A DNA stretch of 64,000 nt from a virus, in the IMG/VR virus record IMGVR_UViG_3300021197_001584, positions 15,472 to 79,471 of that record; one strand, 5' to 3'. Each line of letters starts with the position of its first letter. Position 1 is the stretch's first letter. The notes below the pieces were generated by a model. That model did not search any database. It saw only the letters and a program-made list of their open reading frames with translations, and was not told the DNA's origin. Of the stretch, positions 58,606-64,000 are shown piece by piece. Position numbers and translations under genes: made by a program.

Positions 58606-58792
58606 CCTTATCGACCTTGATGCTTTTTGGAACCTCAAACGTTGGCGGGTTCATGACAACCAACTGTCCAGCGTCATCGACTTGAATGTTGAAACTTCTT
58701 AGAACAGGAACGATATCGCTCTGGTCTAGAAGTGATTTTTGTAGTGCCATCATGATTGCTCCGACGGCTTGATTTGATAATTTATGATCCAT
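58598..58792 (-). CDS. Small hypothetical protein
   Basis: 64 aa, AGGAG SD, first gene after a consensus promoter. Confidence 0.65.
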   Translation of the reverse strand: MDHKLSNQAVGAIMMALQKSLLDQSDIVPVLRSFNIQVDDAGQLVVMNPPTFEVPKSIKVDKDA

Positions 58793-58822
58793 AACAATCT
58801 CCTATTAAAAAGTTATAGTCTT

Positions 58823-58851
58823 ATTATAGCACCATTTATTGGGTTTGTCAA
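58823..58851 (-). promoter_or_regulatory. Consensus sigma70 promoter for the operon containing the sigma factor
   Basis: TTGACA-17-TATAAT with extended TG. Confidence 0.85.
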
Positions 58852-58858
58852 GACTTTT

Positions 58859-59506
58859 TTAAAATTTATATGAAAAAAGTTCAATTTCTTTTCCATAAAT
58901 TTGTTCCACTGCTTTGCGGGAAGTTGGGTTATAATAATCTCTGTAGTCACATCGACCTATTGATTTCTTAAAATGAGGCAATGAAAATGACGACTTAGAG
59001 CGACAGCCAATCTTGTCCAAGAAAGTGATAAGATCAGATTGTAGGCTTTCCATTCTGATGTAATCGAAATCATAGACACCATTGTCGGACCAGAGATTGG
59101 TGTTTGTCTTTAAAGTATGGATCGTTGATGAGTTTCTCACAAATGCTTCAAATCTAAGTTTATCAATTTCTTTGTTGCCCATAAAATGATAATAGGAAAC
59201 CGCTAAATCATAGGGGTTTCGGATATTGCAAACTTTATAATAAGAGTTGAATAAAGCTTCTCCTAGATCTCTTTTTATTTCAGACACAGGCTTATGATTA
59301 AACCATGTCCTTTTTCCAACTTTACCACGCCACCGGGATCCAATGATTCCAAATTCATTCTCAACTTCATCCGCAGAGTGTTCCGGGACATAAGCCTCCA
59401 TGATAGATGGGTCTACGCAAAATCGTTCCAAAAATGCCTCGGTTGATGTGCTAGCGGTTTTTCTTGTTTTAATAAAAATGAACTTATAATTGTGAGATAC
59501 TAGCAT
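58859..59506 (-). CDS. Sulfotransferase-family protein
   Basis: FIFIKTRKTASTS (5'-PSB loop) and IRNPYD..VS.Y (3'-PB motif). Confidence 0.78.
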   Translation of the reverse strand: MLVSHNYKFIFIKTRKTASTSTEAFLERFCVDPSIMEAYVPEHSADEVENEFGIIGSRWRGKVGKRTWFNHKPVSEIKRDLGEALFNSYYKVCNIRNPYDLAVSYYHFMGNKEIDKLRFEAFVRNSSTIHTLKTNTNLWSDNGVYDFDYIRMESLQSDLITFLDKIGCRSKSSFSLPHFKKSIGRCDYRDYYNPTSRKAVEQIYGKEIELFSYKF

Positions 59507-60090
59507 TATTTTCTTCCTTTGTTTGAGTGAAATGTGTGAACAATTGGATTCTCAAATCCGCACCACAAGAGCATTTCCATAACTTTCTCTTTGTTGTTTA
59601 AATCAGGAGTTTCTATCCAAAAACATTTCGATTGATCTAGCAGTTTGCACTCACTATAATAATGATCATAGTAAAGTCCAATTGCTTCATCTATAGATTT
59701 TGCATCAAAGTTTGGAAAACACTTATCCCAATGATCATGTCTCCACCAGAGCCCATCGTGTTTCATCCAGTGGTTTCTGTCATCCGCCTTTTTCATGAAT
59801 GATTGAACCACCTCAACCCGCTCTCTCTTTAAGATTATCGCTTTTAAATCAATACCAGATTCCAAGTAGTGCTTTGTTAATTGAAGATTATAAGACGCTA
59901 CATCGCCGATGAACGACTTACCGGATTGGATGTGTTTTTCAAACTCTTTTTCAAATGGAGTTGTTCGGTGCCATCTTTTAGGGATTACACCGAACTCATG
60001 AGTAAAATAGGAATCATCTTGGGACGATAGGATTTTAGATAAAGACACAGAACCACAACGTCCCGTGCCTAAGCCAATAATCAAACTCAC
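59506..60090 (-). CDS. Sulfotransferase-like P-loop protein
   Basis: GLGTGRCGSVSL...HE...LKR....V.S pattern. Confidence 0.6.
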   Translation of the reverse strand: MSLIIGLGTGRCGSVSLSKILSSQDDSYFTHEFGVIPKRWHRTTPFEKEFEKHIQSGKSFIGDVASYNLQLTKHYLESGIDLKAIILKRERVEVVQSFMKKADDRNHWMKHDGLWWRHDHWDKCFPNFDAKSIDEAIGLYYDHYYSECKLLDQSKCFWIETPDLNNKEKVMEMLLWCGFENPIVHTFHSNKGRK

Positions 60091-62018
60091 GTTAAGTCTC
60101 CTAGGAGATTTAAGAACTCATCTGCTTTGACTGATGTGTATTTAATTTCACGACCATCTAATGTTTCTTTTTTCAAACAATAGTCAGAAACCTGAGTGTA
60201 AGAATCATCATTATGCCAAACGGTTGCATCAGAGTTGAATGACAATTGATAACCAGCTTTAACTAGATCGAGACTAAATTTTACATCCTCGGAAATTCCG
60301 CCTTCTTGATCTCCGCGAACAAGACACTCATCATCCCATCTTACGTTCTCAAAGACTTCACGACGGACCATGATGAAACCAGAGGTTTGATAGAGACCTT
60401 TGTCATATTGAGGGTGATCATAGTCAACCATCTTGTGAGGCTTCAATGTTGCACGATCCCAATGACGAGTTCCGTCAGGATTCAACAATCGGTTACCGAG
60501 AACATCCCAATAAGTGTCCTTAGAGTGGCTCAGAGCTTCGTCAAGCCATCCTTTGGACAATAGAATGTCATCATCTAGCCAAGCAATCACATCGTGTTGA
60601 GAGGCATCTCCGGACGCATTACGAAGGGTCGCAACTTTACGAGAATGGGCGGCTTCTTTTTGGTCAACTAGAGTGACTCCTTCGAGATCTGAGAATTTGT
60701 CAACGTCTCCTGAAACAATGATCTCATAAGGAAACTCTCCAAGTTCTTTCTTGATCGAGTTAATTGTTAAACGAGTCTTCTCGGGCTTTGCACCATTCGT
60801 AGGAATGCAGAAAGAAATGGCTTCGATTGGTTTTGGGGTCTCCAAGCTTTTGCCCATTATAGAGTCACAGAATAGCTCGTAAAGCCTTTCAGCGTTGAAG
60901 TGCTCCAACACCTTACCTTGGAGCTTGGAAGCGCCCTCAAGGCAATCCTCGTAGTTCTCAACGATGTGTTTGAGGCACGCTTGGTAAGCATCCTTGTCTG
61001 CATAAGCCCACTGAGCATCTCGTTGAATAACTCCTTCCCAAACTGCATCTGCAGCAACTGGTTTTAAGGTACAATCAATTGCATTGAAAAGGTTCTCGCC
61101 TTCCCATTGAAGGAAATCAAGTTGACCAGACCATGGGATCGTTGCAATTGGAAGACCTGCTCTCGCAGCCTCAAAGAGAGGAAGGCCGAACCCTTCACCA
61201 TGTGCAATGTTAACGAGACACTTGACCTTATCATGCTCATAGAGGGCCTTCATTTGCGCCTCAGAGAGGTCTCCGTGAAGCAGAGACACAGAACACTTGC
61301 GATTGGGGTAATCGCCTAGAACCGCACCTAGCGACTTCTCAACGTTGTCGAGATCAATTACGGAAGCTCCTTTGTTGTGAGTCTTCAAAATGAGACCAAT
61401 CTCATCATTCTCAAATGTCTCGACAAACCATCGAATGGTGTTCTCAAAGTTCTTCCGAGGACCAAACTGAGAGACGACAAGGAAATTAAAATCGTGACGA
61501 GGGTCGAAGCCTGTAATTGGCTCGCTTTCCTCAGGGTTTGGTGTGCATTCCCAAACCACATCGACAGGAGTGTCTAGTTTATATTCTCGACCGTCTTTCA
61601 AAGGAAACTTAGTGTTGACATATGTGTCTTTTCCGTGATTGGAAACAACAAGGATCTTATCCATTTCGTTTCCTTTTTGCAACCACTGAGGAGACACCTT
61701 TGTGGTTTCGATCCCTGCTGTGTAGCCGATGTTGATTGGGCACATTTTTTCGAACTCATTTGGTATGGTGATTTGCAACGACATGTCGGGAGCTAACACT
61801 TTTTCCGAGAGCAACATTTGAGTTACCTTGATGCGCTCATCCATCCATTGGCGGAGTTCATTGTCTTGCCAAATCCATCCAGACTTTCCCCATGGGATTG
61901 GCTGAACATAAACATCAAAGAGATCAGGGCGAGACCTCAATGCTCGGAGAGCAAATCGTGACTGTTCTCCATAACCTGTTGCTGAAAGGACAGGTCCTCT
62001 TACAAAAATCTTTTTCAT
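60087..62018 (-). CDS. Fused glycosyltransferase (GT4-like + GT2-like)
   Basis: RKN and EGFGLPLFEA in the N-terminal domain; ISFCIP, LRN, LDDD, SED in the C-terminal domain. Confidence 0.85.
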   Translation of the reverse strand: MKKIFVRGPVLSATGYGEQSRFALRALRSRPDLFDVYVQPIPWGKSGWIWQDNELRQWMDERIKVTQMLLSEKVLAPDMSLQITIPNEFEKMCPINIGYTAGIETTKVSPQWLQKGNEMDKILVVSNHGKDTYVNTKFPLKDGREYKLDTPVDVVWECTPNPEESEPITGFDPRHDFNFLVVSQFGPRKNFENTIRWFVETFENDEIGLILKTHNKGASVIDLDNVEKSLGAVLGDYPNRKCSVSLLHGDLSEAQMKALYEHDKVKCLVNIAHGEGFGLPLFEAARAGLPIATIPWSGQLDFLQWEGENLFNAIDCTLKPVAADAVWEGVIQRDAQWAYADKDAYQACLKHIVENYEDCLEGASKLQGKVLEHFNAERLYELFCDSIMGKSLETPKPIEAISFCIPTNGAKPEKTRLTINSIKKELGEFPYEIIVSGDVDKFSDLEGVTLVDQKEAAHSRKVATLRNASGDASQHDVIAWLDDDILLSKGWLDEALSHSKDTYWDVLGNRLLNPDGTRHWDRATLKPHKMVDYDHPQYDKGLYQTSGFIMVRREVFENVRWDDECLVRGDQEGGISEDVKFSLDLVKAGYQLSFNSDATVWHNDDSYTQVSDYCLKKETLDGREIKYTSVKADEFLNLLGDLT

Positions 62019-62314
62019 ACGTTATCTCCGTCAATTTTCTTAAGTTGTAATCTACTATAATGCATCTCTACTCCATCCACCATTACAAGGAAAAATAACA
62101 CATTCTGATGATTTAAAACCGATGGAGAAAGCACCAATCCAACCTTGTTGTCAGCGGTAGAGACAAGATCTCCACCAACCAACGGAGGAATGCTTTTGAG
62201 GAAATCAGGGTGAACCTGAGGGGTTGGGCAGGGATCGACCATGTCGCCCTGACAATCGACAATCAATGGGTTTACCATTGGATCATTCATTACATCATTA
62301 TTAGCCATACTCAT
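62015..62314 (-). CDS. Hypothetical protein
   Basis: 99 aa, coupled to both neighbours by overlaps. Confidence 0.55.
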   Translation of the reverse strand: MSMANNDVMNDPMVNPLIVDCQGDMVDPCPTPQVHPDFLKSIPPLVGGDLVSTADNKVGLVLSPSVLNHQNVLFFLVMVDGVEMHYSRLQLKKIDGDNV

Positions 62315-63573
62315 GCGATCTCCTTAAATGTGATTCCATTGTAACCTTTGCGAGTTTCCCATGATCCACATTCTTCATGAATCTTGAGCATCGTATCAAC
62401 CCACAATTTTTCAAAATCATGGTGTGCATAGTTTTCTTGAATATGCTTTAAGCCTTTACGACCGAGATCTCGACGGAACTCGTGTCCACCGCTATACATT
62501 TGATCTAGAGCGTTCTTGAACTGCTTTGAAGAGATTCTGTCTTCGTAGATGTAAGGAACATTCTGTGATCCAATTACAGCCTGTGAGATGGGATATAAAG
62601 CAACACCTGCGGGGCCTTCCGAAGTCATTACTTGATCTTGCATCCCGCCAGTCATGGTTGCAATCACTGGTGTTCCACAGGTCAAAGACTCTAAGGTGGC
62701 AAGACCGAAACCTTCAGCATCAGCAATGTTGACGGTAACATCAGCAGCATTGTAGAAGCCGGGCATCTGCTTTGTTGACACTTTCTTGGTTGAGAACATT
62801 ATCTCGCGGTTATTCAATCCAAGATGAGATGCGATTTGTTGCAAATCTTGACCATGAGGGTCTTTTGGATTCGTGTGCATGATCAATTGAACCTTACCTG
62901 AGAGATTACGTTCTTTGACCCACTCAGAAAACCACCAAAGTACGGAACCAGACTGTTTACGTCTTGCGTTTCGATTGTTCCAAAACAAAATAAACTTGTC
63001 TTGATCTTCTTTTGGTAAGATTTTTTCTCTCAACGTCCTGCGATCATCATCAGACAAGCAGACAAAAACATTGGGATCAACACAGTGAGGAATGTAATTG
63101 CATGACACCGATGGTGCTACACCATTGACGCACTCTTTTGTAATCCGAGAGATGCATGCAACATGATCGGTTGATTCGTAAAACTTCTGATTGAAGAATG
63201 GTAGTGGATAGTTGTCCCACACATGATAGTAAACGAGAGGAACTAATGGGCGAACCTCGTTCTCCATTTCCCAGAGCCAGCCGTAGAACCGAGGATCGGT
63301 CATGAACCAAATCATATCCGGTTTTTCGTTTCTAAGGATGGATCGAATCTGCTCTGGATCACCATAACCATCTATCGGGATAACCTTAAAGTCTTCACCC
63401 CATGGGTCAATGATCACTGGCTTATAGTCTCGATGCTTTAGTGCACCTCCAAGAGACAAGATTTGAAACTTTCCGCTTTTCAAGAGAGCCTCGAAGACCA
63501 ACTTCGATTGAGTCCCAACGCCTGATGGAGATAGCGGGTGATCTCCAAGAGTTAACACTTTAATTTTTTTCAT
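62311..63573 (-). CDS. Glycosyltransferase (GT4/GT-B)
   Basis: NRNARRK, EGFGLATLES..CGTPVI; start ATG 63573. Confidence 0.85.
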   Translation of the reverse strand: MKKIKVLTLGDHPLSPSGVGTQSKLVFEALLKSGKFQILSLGGALKHRDYKPVIIDPWGEDFKVIPIDGYGDPEQIRSILRNEKPDMIWFMTDPRFYGWLWEMENEVRPLVPLVYYHVWDNYPLPFFNQKFYESTDHVACISRITKECVNGVAPSVSCNYIPHCVDPNVFVCLSDDDRRTLREKILPKEDQDKFILFWNNRNARRKQSGSVLWWFSEWVKERNLSGKVQLIMHTNPKDPHGQDLQQIASHLGLNNREIMFSTKKVSTKQMPGFYNAADVTVNIADAEGFGLATLESLTCGTPVIATMTGGMQDQVMTSEGPAGVALYPISQAVIGSQNVPYIYEDRISSKQFKNALDQMYSGGHEFRRDLGRKGLKHIQENYAHHDFEKLWVDTMLKIHEECGSWETRKGYNGITFKEIA

Positions 63574-63608
63574 ATTATTTCCTTTTCGATGTTTTCGGGG
63601 AAATAAAA

Positions 63609-63655
63609 AACCCCATTTACTCACATATAATAGCATAAGAGAATGGGGTTGTCAA
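63609..63655 (-). promoter_or_regulatory. Sigma70-type promoter embedded in an inverted repeat
   Basis: TTGACA-17-TATTAT with TG; AACCCCATT...AATGGGGTT arms followed by a T run on the minus strand. Confidence 0.65.
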
Positions 63656-63672
63656 GTATTATTTTATTTTAT

Positions 63673-64000
63673 TTATCTTTTACAGTGTTCGGTGTTATTA
63701 AATGGACACTTTGCACAAGAGTTGCGATTCTTTACCTTGATGCCTTTGTGGATCAAATTACACGCGTCAGTCAAGACCTTTGTTGCGTTTTCTGTTTTCT
63801 TGGGTCCCGATGTGACTCTGAAGATTTCGACATTGTCTTTCTTTGCAGTTCTCTTGAGACGACCGAAATAGGTCTCGACCATTTTAGGATCGACATCGTG
63901 CTTTTCACAGAAAAACTTCTTATAGAGAGTCACCTGATAAGTGGTCATGGGTTCGCTTTTACGCTTGATGTCCCAACCCAATGAGCAAGACTTCCAGTCA
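63673..64000 (-). CDS. PD-(D/E)XK (Cas4/RecB-like) nuclease, C-terminal part
   Basis: Frame is open to the window edge; DWK...QVTLY motifs; C-terminal CAKCPF....HC. Confidence 0.7.
   Translation of the reverse strand, partial: DWKSCSLGWDIKRKSEPMTTYQVTLYKKFFCEKHDVDPKMVETYFGRLKRTAKKDNVEIFRVTSGPKKTENATKVLTDACNLIHKGIKVKNRNSCAKCPFNNTEHCKR

Noticed and set aside
1196-63984. Many + strand ORFs in the track (60-160 aa)
   Set aside because: They lie antisense to long, motif-bearing minus-strand genes and show no recognisable domains; treated as shadow ORFs
63673-64000. Cas4-like nuclease suggesting a CRISPR system
   Set aside because: No repeat-spacer array or other cas genes seen; solo PD-(D/E)XK nucleases are common in phages
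1-64000. Genome-wide stop-codon reassignment, introns/inteins, diversity-generating retroelement
   Set aside because: Genes are full length in the standard code and all three stop codons end genes; terminase, portal and primase look uninterrupted; no reverse transcriptase or template/variable repeat pair was seen
1-64000. Impression that TCGA, GATC and CTAG are abundant
   Set aside because: Cannot be quantified by eye; needs an observed/expected tetranucleotide count before any claim about methylation or restriction

Overview
This window is a segment of a large T4-like (contractile-tailed, jumbo-type) phage genome. Essentially all genes are on the minus strand and read in the standard genetic code. 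In the direction of transcription (right to left) it contains: (1) a PD-(D/E)XK nuclease fragment and a glycosyltransferase/sulfotransferase cluster; (2) an early operon ending in a phage sigma factor; (3) a long tail/baseplate block (M15 peptidase, spike-like protein, gp25, gp6, very large LamG-containing proteins); (4) a DNA-metabolism island (RuvC, HIGH-family nucleotidyltransferase, primase, Pol-beta-fold nucleotidyltransferase, fused SbcD-SbcC) with tRNA-Ala(UGC), a stand-alone Smr domain and a lipoprotein; (5) a putative lysis trio; (6) terminase, portal and prohead protease, ribosomal protein bS21, and fibre genes. I did not recognise a major capsid or tail sheath gene here. Two promoter classes can be read directly: sigma70-type TTGACA-17-TGn-TAnnnT before early genes, and a CTA(T/G/A)TTA motif before late genes. 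The most interesting signals are: a family of unrelated small proteins sharing an N-terminal MKLTKxTLKxIIKEEL leader (candidate capsid-loading tag), one member flanked by a perfect 20-bp direct repeat; an unannotated RRCC peptide with alternative hairpins just before the prohead protease; a face-to-face promoter pair with repeats; and a nested domain architecture in the 2975-aa protein. All product calls come from motif recognition only; no database searches were run.
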